Source: Nitrospinota bacterium
Lineage (GTDB): Bacteria > Nitrospinota > Nitrospinia > Nitrospinales > VA-1
NCBI GenBank assembly: GCA_038108555.1
Contig: JAYNIA010000004.1
Location: forward strand, 51,563 to 115,562
Direction: 5' to 3'
DNA length: 64,000 nt
A program made the position numbers and the translations under genes. The notes below the pieces were generated by a model that did no database searches, was not told the DNA's origin, and saw only the letters and a program-made list of their open reading frames with translations. Below, one piece after another: positions 30,477 to 41,026 of the stretch; position 1 is the stretch's first letter, and every line of letters begins with the position of its first letter.

Positions 30477-33400
30477 TCAGTTTACAGGAGTATCCCGGTC
30501 CTCTTCATTTGAAGCGGTCCGGGGTCCTGTGCGCAATAATTGCCCAATCGTATCCCGGTAGTATTCCCGCATTTGGGTGGTATGCATTTCATAATCTCCC
30601 ATAAAAATCTTGGCAAGATTTTCTGCCTCATCTCCCTGGTAAGACATGAGGCGGGCTAACTGTGCCAGGTCACGCGGATCTTTCGGAAGGCTGTTTCCCG
30701 GTGTTTCCTTAATGATTCTCAAAGCACATTCCAGATTCCTCAAGAACAAATAATTTTCTTTTGCCTGGTCGGCTTTGACCTGGTCAATCATTCCATGAGC
30801 TACAAACAAATTGAGAGCCCCAATGGTATTTGTTTCTCTTAGACGCGGATTTTTTTTCCCATGGATTAACTGAAGAATTTGCATAGTAAATTCAATATCT
30901 GCAATACCCCCGAAACCAAGTTTGACGTTTTTTCCTCGGGTAGATTCCCGGGCTAATTCCACTTCCATCCTTTCCCTTAACCGGGAAATTTCTATGAGGG
31001 AGCTGTATTCGAAATTATCTTGAAATACAAAGTTATGCGCGGCTTCCATGAACTTTTTACCTACCTCTTTATTTCCTGCTACCACGCGTGCTCGGACCAT
31101 GGCCTGTTGTTCCCAGATTCTAGCGCGGGATTTAAAATAACGTTCATACCCACTAATTGACATGACCAAAACTCCCGCTCCGCCTTCAGGTCTCAGTTCT
31201 GTATCAATTTTGTAGGCATAGCCGGCGGATGTCATTTCCGAAGTTAATTTATAAATCAACTGGGAAACGGCTGCATAATGGACTCCTTCCTGACTATTCT
31301 CCTCCGGCTCATCATAAACAAAAATAACATCGAGATCAGAGCCGAAATTTAATTCTCCTCCTCCCAGTTTTCCCATTCCAATGATACAAAACTTTTCAGC
31401 TACGGGATGTCCTTTTTTTCTACTGACCTCCGCACAGGCTAGTTTGAAAACGGCCTCCAAATAAGCATCGGCAAGATGGGAAAGGTCTGAAAGTGTCCCT
31501 TCCAAATCCGCTTCTTTTATTAAAAACCGAACACCTATACGGAGTTCCTCGGCTTGTTTAAAGCGCCTCAACAATAATTCCTTTTTCTCCAATGATGATT
31601 CATTTGATAGAAACTTTTCCAGATCCTCTGAAATTTTTTCGGCCGCCTTGAATCTATAGATTTCATCCATATTTGTTAATAGATCTACCAATTCCGGCCT
31701 TTTAATTAGAATTTGCGACAGAAGACCACTGCTACCAAACAAGATGAGAAGGAGCTCCAGAAACTTTTCATTTTCCTGAAACAAGTTTAAAAAAGATTCC
31801 CGGGCTCCTGTTGCCTCAACAAACCGGGACAGGTTTTCAATCGCCTTTCCGGGGCTGGGCAAACAACCGCATATGGTTATGATTTTTGGAAGAATATAAT
31901 TAAACTCCTGTATGCTTTTTTCTGAAGGATGTGAAAATTCAGAACCATCGCGAAGTACTTTTAAAAATCGAAATGCCTGAGCCGGATCTTGAATTAGGGG
32001 AATAGCAGCAATTTCATCCTCTGAAAATAATGTCTCTCCCTTTCGCGACTGTTCCCATTCTTTTGATATGGCTTCAGCAGCTTCCCGTTTTTCTTTTTCC
32101 GCAAACTGTTCGGAAAACATTTTTCCTACAAAAGAAGTATGAGTTTCATAAACCTTCATAAGATTTTCCGCCAGTTCCTCTGCGGTGCTTCCTTCAATAC
32201 GCATTTTTCTTGCCAGTACTGCCCGGTCTGGAATTGATTCGGGAAGATTGTGAGTCTGCAAACCAAAAGTTATCTGCACCCGGTTTTCAAGATGTCGTAA
32301 AAAAATATAGGCTTCGGATAAACACAAAAAGTCCTCCTCCGAAATAATATTTTTTTCCAACATAATTTTAAGAGCACCTAACGAACTTCTTACTCTTAGT
32401 TCTTTATTCCTCCCGCCCAGTAAAAGCTGGTAAGCCTGGATAAAAAATTCAATTTCGCGTATACCCCCGAATCCCAGTTTAATATTTCCAGATTTTTTTC
32501 CTTTTAAACTTTGGTTAATTCTATTCTTCATCGATTTAATTTCTTCGATGGCTTCAAAATCCAGGCTGCGTCTATAAATAAAGGGTTCCATCATGGAAAA
32601 GAATTCTCTACCCAGGGCTTCACTTCCTGCAGAGACTCTGGCTTTGATAAATGCCTGGCGCTCCCAGGTTCTTCCCCAAGATTCATAATAAGTTTCACAA
32701 CTCGCAAGGGAACTGGCTATTTCGCCACTGGGGCCATCGGGCCTTAAATCAAGGTCGACCCGGAATACGTTTCCGTCAGAAGTTATTTCGTTTATTGATT
32801 TTGTAATTTGCCGAGCGAGTTTTGAAAAATATTCATGGTTGGTAATTTTTACAACCGATCCTGGCAAAGAGGAATCGGGACGTGTTTCCCCACGGCTGGA
32901 GGTATAAATATAAACGAGATCAATATCAGAACTGTAATTCAGCTCCTGCCCTCCCAGCTTTCCCATTCCGAGAATCGCAAACTCTGAATCTTTCCAATTT
33001 CCATCTTTATCCTCATACGACGGAATCCCATGCTTTTGCCTGAGATCCCGATCTGCTTTTTCATAGGCAATTTGAAGACAAACATCAGCGAGGTTGGAAA
33101 TATCCCCTACCGTTTCCATCAACTCCACGTTTCCTAATAAATCCCGGAGACCAATCCGAATGTACTCTCTTTTTTTAAACTTTCTCAGGGCTGAGGAAAT
33201 ATCCTTTTTATGAAAACCTTTTCCTGCCATTTCATAAAAATCCCTCATCAGCATATCTTTTGACTTTGATTCTGTCAGAGTGCCGGGGCGGCTCAACCAA
33301 TTCACATAAGACGGTTCACTGAGGAGGGAATCCGTTAAAATCTGGCTTCCGGAAAACAGAAATACCAATGCTTCCAGTAAATTTTCAGATTCCGATAATT

Positions 33401-33677
33401 GAGTGAAAAGGTGATCTTTATCAGTAAATTTTTCTGAAAAACGTTCAAAGTTATGGAGGGCCAAATCCGCATTATGTGAACGGGTTGTTAAATCTAATAA
33501 ACGGGAAAAAAAGTGAGGGTAGAGTTTTCTGAAATTTACACATTTAGCAATGGAAATTAAATCGTTCCAGGTTTTCGAAGGTTCCTGAAACCCAAAAGCC
33601 ATAAAAGCTGATGACAACTGATCATCCCAGGGAGAGCAATCGAGGATTTTTTCTATAATGTTTTCTTTAGAATTCAT
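30477..33677 (-). CDS. glnE: Glutamine synthetase adenylyltransferase/removase
   Basis: Two nucleotidyltransferase halves: GMGKLGGQELNYSSDIDL..DLRPDG..WERQA and GMGKLGGGELNFGSDLD..ELRPEG..WEQQA. Confidence 0.95.
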   Translation of the reverse strand: MNSKENIIEKILDCSPWDDQLSSAFMAFGFQEPSKTWNDLISIAKCVNFRKLYPHFFSRLLDLTTRSHNADLALHNFERFSEKFTDKDHLFTQLSESENLLEALVFLFSGSQILTDSLLSEPSYVNWLSRPGTLTESKSKDMLMRDFYEMAGKGFHKKDISSALRKFKKREYIRIGLRDLLGNVELMETVGDISNLADVCLQIAYEKADRDLRQKHGIPSYEDKDGNWKDSEFAILGMGKLGGQELNYSSDIDLVYIYTSSRGETRPDSSLPGSVVKITNHEYFSKLARQITKSINEITSDGNVFRVDLDLRPDGPSGEIASSLASCETYYESWGRTWERQAFIKARVSAGSEALGREFFSMMEPFIYRRSLDFEAIEEIKSMKNRINQSLKGKKSGNIKLGFGGIREIEFFIQAYQLLLGGRNKELRVRSSLGALKIMLEKNIISEEDFLCLSEAYIFLRHLENRVQITFGLQTHNLPESIPDRAVLARKMRIEGSTAEELAENLMKVYETHTSFVGKMFSEQFAEKEKREAAEAISKEWEQSRKGETLFSEDEIAAIPLIQDPAQAFRFLKVLRDGSEFSHPSEKSIQEFNYILPKIITICGCLPSPGKAIENLSRFVEATGARESFLNLFQENEKFLELLLILFGSSGLLSQILIKRPELVDLLTNMDEIYRFKAAEKISEDLEKFLSNESSLEKKELLLRRFKQAEELRIGVRFLIKEADLEGTLSDLSHLADAYLEAVFKLACAEVSRKKGHPVAEKFCIIGMGKLGGGELNFGSDLDVIFVYDEPEENSQEGVHYAAVSQLIYKLTSEMTSAGYAYKIDTELRPEGGAGVLVMSISGYERYFKSRARIWEQQAMVRARVVAGNKEVGKKFMEAAHNFVFQDNFEYSSLIEISRLRERMEVELARESTRGKNVKLGFGGIADIEFTMQILQLIHGKKNPRLRETNTIGALNLFVAHGMIDQVKADQAKENYLFLRNLECALRIIKETPGNSLPKDPRDLAQLARLMSYQGDEAENLAKIFMGDYEMHTTQMREYYRDTIGQLLRTGPRTASNEEDRDTPVN

Positions 33678-33726
33678 AATCCCGGATTAATTTTTCAAAG
33701 TTAAATATTTTATTTCTATGCATGGA

Positions 33727-33762
33727 AAATAAAAAACCCCCTGGGTGAACCCAGGGGGTTTT
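33727..33762 (-). terminator. Intrinsic terminator after glnA
   Basis: AAAACCCCCTGGG-TGAA-CCCAGGGGGTTTT perfect stem with a minus-strand U-tract. Confidence 0.9.
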
Positions 33763-33794
33763 CGAAATTCCGTTACTCTCCAGCGTCCACCGAA

Positions 33795-35207
33795 CTAGCA
33801 ATCGTAATACATTTGAAATTCCAGTGGATGGGGTCGCAACCTCAATTCATCAATCTCATTTTCCCTTTTGTAATCGATCCATGTATCGACCACATCCTGG
33901 GTGAACACATCGCCTTTAAGTAAGAACTCGTGATCATCTTCAAGAGCTTGAATTGCATCTTCAAGAGAATGGGGCAGAGTCGGGATGTTGGCCAATTCTT
34001 CGGGCCCAAGGGCATAAATATTTTTATCCAATGGATCACCCGGATCGATTTTATTTTCGATTCCGTCCAGTCCCGCCATTAACATAGCGGAGAAAGTAAG
34101 ATAGCCATTACAAGATGGATCGGGGAAACGGATTTCCAAACGCTTCGCTTTTGGGCTTGGAGAATACATTGGGATACGAATCGCAGCACTTCGGTTTCGA
34201 CTTGAATATGCCAGGTTTACCGGGGCTTCGAAACCAGGAACCAACCGTTTGTAAGAGTTGGTGGTAGGCGCTGCAAATGCACAAATAGCTTTTGCATGCT
34301 TCAAGATTCCGCCGATGTAATGCATTCCCAGCTCACTGAATCCAGCATAGCTGTTGCCAGCCATTAGAGGGTTGCCATCTTTCCAAATACTTTGATGGGT
34401 ATGCATTCCGGTTCCGTTATCCCCAAACATGGGCTTCGGCATGAAGGTTGCTGATTTCCCGTGCGCCCGCGCTACATTTTTTACAATGTATTTGTACCAC
34501 ATCAAGCTATCGGCACACTTTACGAGAGGTGCAAAACGCATATCAATTTCACACTGTCCTCCGGTAGCCACCTCATGATGGTGACACTCCATCGTTATTC
34601 CTACTTCCTCCATGAGCAGCATCATTTCAGTACGAATATCCTGAAGCGTATCAGCTGGAGCGACTGGAAAGTAACCTTCTTTGTGGCGTGGTTTATGCCC
34701 CAGGTTCGGGCCTTCATCGCTGCCCGTATTCCAGGTACCTTCTACTGAATCTATAGAATAAAAGGATTCATTGGTGGAAGAATCATATTGAATATTGTCA
34801 AAGAGGAAAAACTCGGCTTCGGGACCAAAATAAGCGGTATCACCAATTCCTGTGGATTTGAGATAAGCTTCTGCTTTTTGTGCAATGTTACGTGGGTCGC
34901 GACTGTATTTTTCTTTAGTGATCGGATCAACAATATTACAAATCATGCTAACCGTAGGTTCCTTCATAAAAGGATCCATGACGGTGGTTGCGGGATCAGG
35001 AATGACCAGCATATCGCTGTTGTTGATTGCCTGCCAGCCTCTAACACTGGAGCCATCAAAACCCAAACCTTCTTCAAACAGATGTTCTTCCAGTTCGCAC
35101 ATGGGAACTGAAAAATGCTGCCAGGTACCCAGCAAATCGATGAATTTTAAATCCAGGATTCGCGAATTATTTTTCTTTGCGAAATCTACTGCCTCTTTGG
35201 GGGTCAT
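33795..35207 (-). CDS. glnA: Type I glutamine synthetase
   Basis: [41 protein letters not shown], adenylylation-site DKNIY. Confidence 0.98.
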   Translation of the reverse strand: MTPKEAVDFAKKNNSRILDLKFIDLLGTWQHFSVPMCELEEHLFEEGLGFDGSSVRGWQAINNSDMLVIPDPATTVMDPFMKEPTVSMICNIVDPITKEKYSRDPRNIAQKAEAYLKSTGIGDTAYFGPEAEFFLFDNIQYDSSTNESFYSIDSVEGTWNTGSDEGPNLGHKPRHKEGYFPVAPADTLQDIRTEMMLLMEEVGITMECHHHEVATGGQCEIDMRFAPLVKCADSLMWYKYIVKNVARAHGKSATFMPKPMFGDNGTGMHTHQSIWKDGNPLMAGNSYAGFSELGMHYIGGILKHAKAICAFAAPTTNSYKRLVPGFEAPVNLAYSSRNRSAAIRIPMYSPSPKAKRLEIRFPDPSCNGYLTFSAMLMAGLDGIENKIDPGDPLDKNIYALGPEELANIPTLPHSLEDAIQALEDDHEFLLKGDVFTQDVVDTWIDYKRENEIDELRLRPHPLEFQMYYDC

Positions 35208-35247
35208 TAATGTATCTCCTGCAAAAATTGATTAAATGGGATTCACT

Positions 35248-35291
35248 AAAAAAAACACAAAAGTCCAGCATCGCATTGCGACTGCTGAACT
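35248..35291 (-). terminator. Hairpin plus U-tract between glnB and glnA
   Basis: Minus strand AGTTCAGCAGTCGC-AAT-GCGATGCTGGACT then TTTGTGTTTTTTTT. Confidence 0.6.
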
Positions 35292-35353
35292 AAAAAAATA
35301 TTTTTCGTATGATCTGTTAATTCAAGCTATAAAGGAATTTGCCCAATAAAAAC

Positions 35354-35701
<348 letters not shown>

Positions 35702-35818
35702 CTAGCCAATATGTTCAGAATGGATCAGGGCTTGGTGACGATTTCGCTATCAGGCATTCACACCCGATTGATTCGCTTAATTAAACCCCCTTTTAAAAAC
35801 ACTTTTTAGCCAACAGAA

Positions 35819-35835
35819 TTCAATTTTAATGCCAA
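35819..35835 (-). promoter_or_regulatory. Candidate sigma54 promoter of glnBA
   Basis: TTGGCATTAAAATTGAA (GG-N10-GA; one mismatch at -12). Confidence 0.55.
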
Positions 35836-35948
35836 GCTCCAAGGCCAGCACACCTTAGTGGAACTGCCTTAAAGCCTATAAATTTAAAGGAGTTTAAGAA
35901 GCGGAGAAACTATACCATACCGCCCCCTCAAATTCAAACCCCAACCCA

Positions 35949-35997
35949 CGCCTAATTTTTAGGCATTTAACCTTAAAACATGGTTAAATTTTAAGCG
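35949..35997. promoter_or_regulatory. Pair of NtrC-like enhancer sites
   Basis: 17-bp CGCCTAATTTTTAGGCA (35949-35965) and TGGTTAAATTTTAAGCG (35981-35997), centres 32 bp apart. Confidence 0.55.
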
Positions 35998-36000
35998 TTT

Positions 36001-36645
36001 TTAGGCCGCGTCACACTCGGCATCCAGCTTTTTCAGGCTGGTTTCCAGTTCCATTCGTTTTTCTTCCACCAGTTCATCAGAAGACCGCGAAGAAAGGGTA
36101 ATGGAAGGTCCAAAATTGATACTGCAACGGGTGAAGGGAAGGGGAAGGATAAAGCGGTCCCAAGTATTCAATACCACCTTGTTTTTTGCTCCAAAAGTCA
36201 TTGGAAATAAAGGCAATTTTGTGATTCCGGCCAATTGGACAGAACCCGACTGGGCCACGCATCTCGGCCCCCTGGAACCATCGGCAATGATGATTATTCT
36301 TTGCCCGTCCCGCAATACACGGATCAGGGACCGGGCTGCAGGCACTGCCTTTTTGAAGGTAGACCCACGAATGACCGAGTAACCCATTAAACGTGCCAGC
36401 TTTGCCAACAGGTCTCCGTCAACGCTGGGACTGATTAATAAAAAATAATCGGGACGATTTCTTAAATAATAAAACAGGTAAAAAATTCTTCCATGCCATA
36501 AAGTCAGAATATAAGGCCCCGGCAGATTCTGGATTTTTTCTTCGGCCTCGACATCAAGGTTTGTTCTGCGAATCGTAATGCACCACAGAAAAACAATTCC
36601 ATATAAAAGATAGGGAAGGATGTAGTTAAATAGAAATTTTTTCAT
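36001..36645 (-). CDS. DUF374/LpxJ-like lipid A late acyltransferase
   Basis: LWHGR, ISPSVDG, IRGST, ADGSRGP, WDRFILPLPF; directly follows lpxB. Confidence 0.8.
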   Translation of the reverse strand: MKKFLFNYILPYLLYGIVFLWCITIRRTNLDVEAEEKIQNLPGPYILTLWHGRIFYLFYYLRNRPDYFLLISPSVDGDLLAKLARLMGYSVIRGSTFKKAVPAARSLIRVLRDGQRIIIIADGSRGPRCVAQSGSVQLAGITKLPLFPMTFGAKNKVVLNTWDRFILPLPFTRCSINFGPSITLSSRSSDELVEEKRMELETSLKKLDAECDAA

Positions 36646-37798
36646 GTTGATTAAACTTTGACAATGAATCCGCCACACTTGCAGCGACGGCTTTCAATAC
36701 TCCCGGATTCCCCAGGTTTTTACGAACAAGCTTTAACCGATTTTTCACATCCCTACTATGTTCCGGATTTTTTAAAAGCTTCAATATTTCTGTAGCAATT
36801 TTTTCTGCATTGGCCTCCCCCTGAATCAACTCCGGAACCACTCTTTCTTCAGCAACAATATTCACCAAACCATAATGAGGAGTATTTATAAGAAGAAGAG
36901 CCAGCCAGTAAGTTATTGGGCTGAGTTTATAAATAATCACCATGGGGCAACCTATAATTCCTGCTTCTAAAGTTGCCGACCCGGAAGCTATTATCAATGC
37001 ATCGCAAACGTTCATTGCATTGTAGGTTTCCCCTGCAAGGATTTTTATATTTAACTTATTGGCACCCAATCGCTTTCGAATCAAATCCGGGTCAATGGAT
37101 TCGGCAATGGGCAAAATGAATTGGCAACCCTCAATCTCTTTCTTTATTTTTTCTGCTGCACTTAACATTTCCTCAAGGAGGAAATTAATTTCATTCATCC
37201 GGCTTCCCGGAAGTAGTCCAACTATTTTTTTATTCGGATCCAATCCAAACTTTTCCAGGCTTTCTTCACGACTGCGGGTGGGTTTTACCAAATCGATAAA
37301 AGGGTGACCTAAAAATTCCGCATCGACCCCCGCTTCCTGATACATCCTTTCCTCGAAGGGTAAAATGACAAACATCTTATGCACAGATTTTCGGATTTCT
37401 TTGATTCTGCCTTTTCTCCAGGCCCAAACCTGGGGACTGATAAAATAATAGACAGGACAATTATTTCGTCGGCTGTGTTTTGCCAATCTGAGATTTAAGG
37501 TGGGGTAATCTATTAATATTACTGCTGTGTATTTTCGCGACTCAATCTCTTTTTGTAATGTGCGGTAAACCCCATAATAGTGACCAAATTCGGAAATAAT
37601 TTCTATCAGTCCGACCGTTCCCATACGTTCGATCCCAAACAGGGTATTGACCCCGGCATTTCGCATCCGCCCGCCACCCATTCCTGTAAACCGGGCATTT
37701 GGATATATTTCCAAAAGGGACCGAACCAGGTTCTCGCCATGCAAATCCCCGGAGGCCTCACCCGCAACGATCAAAAAATGAGGTTCTTCTTTATTCAT
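36626..37798 (-). CDS. lpxB: Lipid A disaccharide synthase
   Basis: AGEASGDLHG, IDYP, SPQVWAWR, ILPFE, LLPGSR, SGSATLE. Confidence 0.96.
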   Translation of the reverse strand: MNKEEPHFLIVAGEASGDLHGENLVRSLLEIYPNARFTGMGGGRMRNAGVNTLFGIERMGTVGLIEIISEFGHYYGVYRTLQKEIESRKYTAVILIDYPTLNLRLAKHSRRNNCPVYYFISPQVWAWRKGRIKEIRKSVHKMFVILPFEERMYQEAGVDAEFLGHPFIDLVKPTRSREESLEKFGLDPNKKIVGLLPGSRMNEINFLLEEMLSAAEKIKKEIEGCQFILPIAESIDPDLIRKRLGANKLNIKILAGETYNAMNVCDALIIASGSATLEAGIIGCPMVIIYKLSPITYWLALLLINTPHYGLVNIVAEERVVPELIQGEANAEKIATEILKLLKNPEHSRDVKNRLKLVRKNLGNPGVLKAVAASVADSLSKFNQHEKISI

Positions 37799-37830
37799 AA
37801 TTCATCTTCAATCTTTTACGGCTGTTATGG

Positions 37831-38646
37831 CTAAACACAAGTTACAGTAAGCTTGGCATCGTTCGCAATTTTAACAACCTGTTCCTGTTCCACTGCCATA
37901 ACACGGTCGGCCTCTATGGCCAAAACCGAAGCGCCCCCTTCGATCAATGTTTTTACTGTTTGTGGACCAATGCCGGGGCTATCGTATCTATAATCCTGAT
38001 TCGTCCTGCTGACTTTTATAACCACACAGTTTCCCTTTGAAAGTTCGCAACCCCTTTGAATGGCTTTATCCGTCCCCTCAAAAGCTTCTACCGCAATCAC
38101 GGATTTATTTTTTACAATCAAAGTCTGGCCGATTTCCATATCTGCCAGTTTCCTGGCAATGGGCAGACCAAATTCAATGTCTTCGAGCTCTTTGGATGTG
38201 GGCTTTCTTTTAGTCAATACCCCTTTGGGAGGATAAACCTCGGCCAAAAAATCTTTTTGACTGAGAACACGGACCCCTTCTTTTTCCAGTTCCTCAATCA
38301 CGCCCAACAGCAATGTTTTATCTTCATGGGACATGATGTTTTTAAAAAATTTTATGAATTTTAAATCTGGCAACTGAAGTTTATAGATAACACTCTTATC
38401 AACCTTTCCTAAAATCAATAGCTCCTCTACATCATTTTTTTTTAAGGCATCAAGAATTTTTGTGGGTTGGCCCACGCCAAATGAATAACTTTTTTCTGAA
38501 TAGGGAGAGAGGTTCGATTCGATCTCATCAGAGAATCCCACGCTTATTAACCGGGTTCCATTCTGACTGGCTTTTCTGGCGAAATAGATGGGAATTTCTC
38601 CAGCCCCGGCAATCAATCCGATTTTTTTTGTCGTTTGGGAAGCCAT
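37831..38646 (-). CDS. lpxI: UDP-2,3-diacylglucosamine hydrolase LpxI
   Basis: GLIAGAGEIP, IGQT, EAFEGTD, DSPGIG; position between lpxA and lpxB. Confidence 0.85.
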   Translation of the reverse strand: MASQTTKKIGLIAGAGEIPIYFARKASQNGTRLISVGFSDEIESNLSPYSEKSYSFGVGQPTKILDALKKNDVEELLILGKVDKSVIYKLQLPDLKFIKFFKNIMSHEDKTLLLGVIEELEKEGVRVLSQKDFLAEVYPPKGVLTKRKPTSKELEDIEFGLPIARKLADMEIGQTLIVKNKSVIAVEAFEGTDKAIQRGCELSKGNCVVIKVSRTNQDYRYDSPGIGPQTVKTLIEGGASVLAIEADRVMAVEQEQVVKIANDAKLTVTCV

Positions 38647-38703
38647 TTTAAAATCGGGAAAAAAGTTGTGAGGAAGAAGGTTTCTGGAAAGGTAAAACTG
38701 AAA

Positions 38704-39660
38704 TTATGAATTATTAAACTTACTAAGAATATTCAAGGCAATCTCCAATGAATAAAGTTCATTGTCAACAGCCACCTTTCGGGGACTGCCGTTTGTAGCG
38801 CAGTCCAGGAAATGCTTGAGTTCCAATTTGAGAGGGTTATCTTTATGGACAAAAATACGCTCGACCAGAGATTCCTGCTTATATCTTAAAGAATCTTTAC
38901 TAAGCTTATGTTCTGAGGAAGATTTTTTATGCACATAAATTTCCTGATCGGTGTAGTCCAACACTACAAAGGAATCTTTTTGCGTTACAGAAAGTGTCCT
39001 CTCCTGGTTCTGCGAAGCCCGACTGGCAATAATGTTGGCAATACATCCATTTTCAAATTCGAGTTGCGCATTGACCAAATCGTCTTTATCAGAAAAAACG
39101 GAAGCTCCCAAAACATGGATTTTGACAACTTTCGACTGAATCAGGTTTAAAATAATATCAATATCATGGATCATGATGTCGAGAACAACGCCATCATCTT
39201 TGATTCGGTCGGTAAAAGGACCCATGCGTTTACACTCTACAAATATGGGGGAATCAACAATTTTATGCAGCTCTTGAACCGCCCCATTAAACCGCTCCAC
39301 ATGGCCGATATGCAGGGTTAAGTGTTTCTCTTCTGCGATTCGAAAAAGTTCCCGTGCGTGGTCCAGATCATTTGCACAGGGTTTTTCAAGAAGAACATGG
39401 ATCCCGGCATTTAATAGGTCTTTTGCTATTGGAAAATGCAATCCCGTGGGCACGGCAACTACAACAGCATCCACTTTTCCATAGAGATCCTGATAATTTT
39501 CATAGCCGGCAACACCGTAATTTTCTTCTATTACTTTTCTTCCTTTGGAGTCAATATCTACAACCGCAGCAAGTTCAGCCTCCTGTAATTCGGAGAGAAT
39601 GCCGACATGGTATTTTCCCATCCTTCCAACACCAATGACCCCAACCTTCATCTGGCTCAC
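38704..39660 (-). CDS. Gfo/Idh/MocA oxidoreductase, probable GnnA (UDP-GlcNAc 3-dehydrogenase)
   Basis: GVIGVGRMG, VPTGLH, EKP, GHVERFN, DIMIHDID; overlaps the lpxA stop by 1 nt. Confidence 0.75.
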   Translation of the reverse strand: MSQMKVGVIGVGRMGKYHVGILSELQEAELAAVVDIDSKGRKVIEENYGVAGYENYQDLYGKVDAVVVAVPTGLHFPIAKDLLNAGIHVLLEKPCANDLDHARELFRIAEEKHLTLHIGHVERFNGAVQELHKIVDSPIFVECKRMGPFTDRIKDDGVVLDIMIHDIDIILNLIQSKVVKIHVLGASVFSDKDDLVNAQLEFENGCIANIIASRASQNQERTLSVTQKDSFVVLDYTDQEIYVHKKSSSEHKLSKDSLRYKQESLVERIFVHKDNPLKLELKHFLDCATNGSPRKVAVDNELYSLEIALNILSKFNNS

Positions 39661-40430
39661 TATTTGGTCACTCCTCTTTTGGAGTCTTTAATAAAATTTA
39701 AAAGATAATTAATTTCTTCAAACATTTCAACCTCAGCACTAATTTTTTCTATAGCCTGGGTTGTATTTAGATCAGAACTCAAAACCAGTTTAAAAGCCTT
39801 TTTAATGGCTGACCTTACTTCAGGTTTAAAACCAGCCCTTTTCAATCCTACCGCATTCACCCCCAATAAACGGGCAGGAGTACCTTCTACGGTTGAAAAA
39901 GGTAAAACATCCTGGTTCACTCCGGCCATTCCCCCAACCATCGCATTCCGACCGATCCGCACAAACTGGTGAATTCCAACCAGGCCGGATATGAATGCCT
40001 GATCCTCAACAATGACATGCCCGGACAAGCCCGTGCCATTTACAATAATAACCTGGTCGCCTAATTCACAATCATGTCCCAAATGGGAATATGCCATGAG
40101 AAGACAGTTTTTCCCAATTCTTGTTACACCCTCCTTAAACATTGAACGATGAATGGTCGCATATTCTCGAATCTCCGTTCCATCTCCTATTTCTACCGAT
40201 GAGGGAACATCTTCAAAATTCATTATCTGGGGTTCACCCCCTATGGAAGCGCCATGAGAAATTCTACAATTTTCCCCAATCCTGGTGTTTGCTTCAATTA
40301 ATACATGTGAGGCAATACTGGTTCCCTTGCCTATGCTTGCATTCGGCCCAATAATGGAAAAAGGCCCAACAGTCACACCTTCCCCCAGTTTTGAATCAGG
40401 GTCAATGATTGAACTTGAATGAATGGTCAA
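39660..40430 (-). CDS. lpxA: UDP-N-acetylglucosamine acyltransferase
   Basis: Hexapeptide repeats, GGEPQ, IREYATIHR, HLGHDC, IHQFVRIG. Confidence 0.95.
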   Translation of the reverse strand: MTIHSSSIIDPDSKLGEGVTVGPFSIIGPNASIGKGTSIASHVLIEANTRIGENCRISHGASIGGEPQIMNFEDVPSSVEIGDGTEIREYATIHRSMFKEGVTRIGKNCLLMAYSHLGHDCELGDQVIIVNGTGLSGHVIVEDQAFISGLVGIHQFVRIGRNAMVGGMAGVNQDVLPFSTVEGTPARLLGVNAVGLKRAGFKPEVRSAIKKAFKLVLSSDLNTTQAIEKISAEVEMFEEINYLLNFIKDSKRGVTK

Positions 40431-40510
40431 GGTTTAGAGAGGGAAATGAAATTCAAATTGGGTGTTGCTTTTTTAAAACCGAACAAAATTTTCGAATAAT
40501 AATTATCGGG

Positions 40511-40960
40511 TCAATTATTACCCATCATGGCTTGAATGGTACATTCCGTTGCCAATACATTATCAACGAACGCTTTTCCTTCAAATCGAAAAATTGATTT
40601 TCGCTGCTTTATTTTTGTCAACTCCATCCGTAACTGGTCTCCCGGGACTACCGGCTTTCTGAATTTGACAGCATCAATCCCCGTGAAGAAAACAGTACCC
40701 TGTCCTTCAAGATTTAAAATTTTCAATCCCAGAATACAAGCCGTTTGCGCCATGGCTTCAATTATTAAAACACCCGGCATTACAGGAAATTCCGGGAAAT
40801 GCCCCTGAAAGAAAGGTTCATCGGCCGTCACATTTTTTATCCCCACGATACGGGAATCTAAATCACATTCGACAATTCGATCGACCAGGAGAAAAGGATA
40901 GCGGTGGGGAATAATCTTTTTAATTTCATTTATATCCATCGTATTTGATGTTTCATTCAT
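40511..40960 (-). CDS. fabZ: 3-hydroxyacyl-ACP dehydratase
   Basis: PHRYPFLLVDR, GHFP..PVMPGVLIIEAMAQ. Confidence 0.97.
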   Translation of the reverse strand: MNETSNTMDINEIKKIIPHRYPFLLVDRIVECDLDSRIVGIKNVTADEPFFQGHFPEFPVMPGVLIIEAMAQTACILGLKILNLEGQGTVFFTGIDAVKFRKPVVPGDQLRMELTKIKQRKSIFRFEGKAFVDNVLATECTIQAMMGNN

Positions 40961-41026
40961 ACAAATTCCTCACTGCTTTTTATGGATTAAAACTTGAAGA
41001 ACCTACCACAAATTCTTCTTGAGAGA

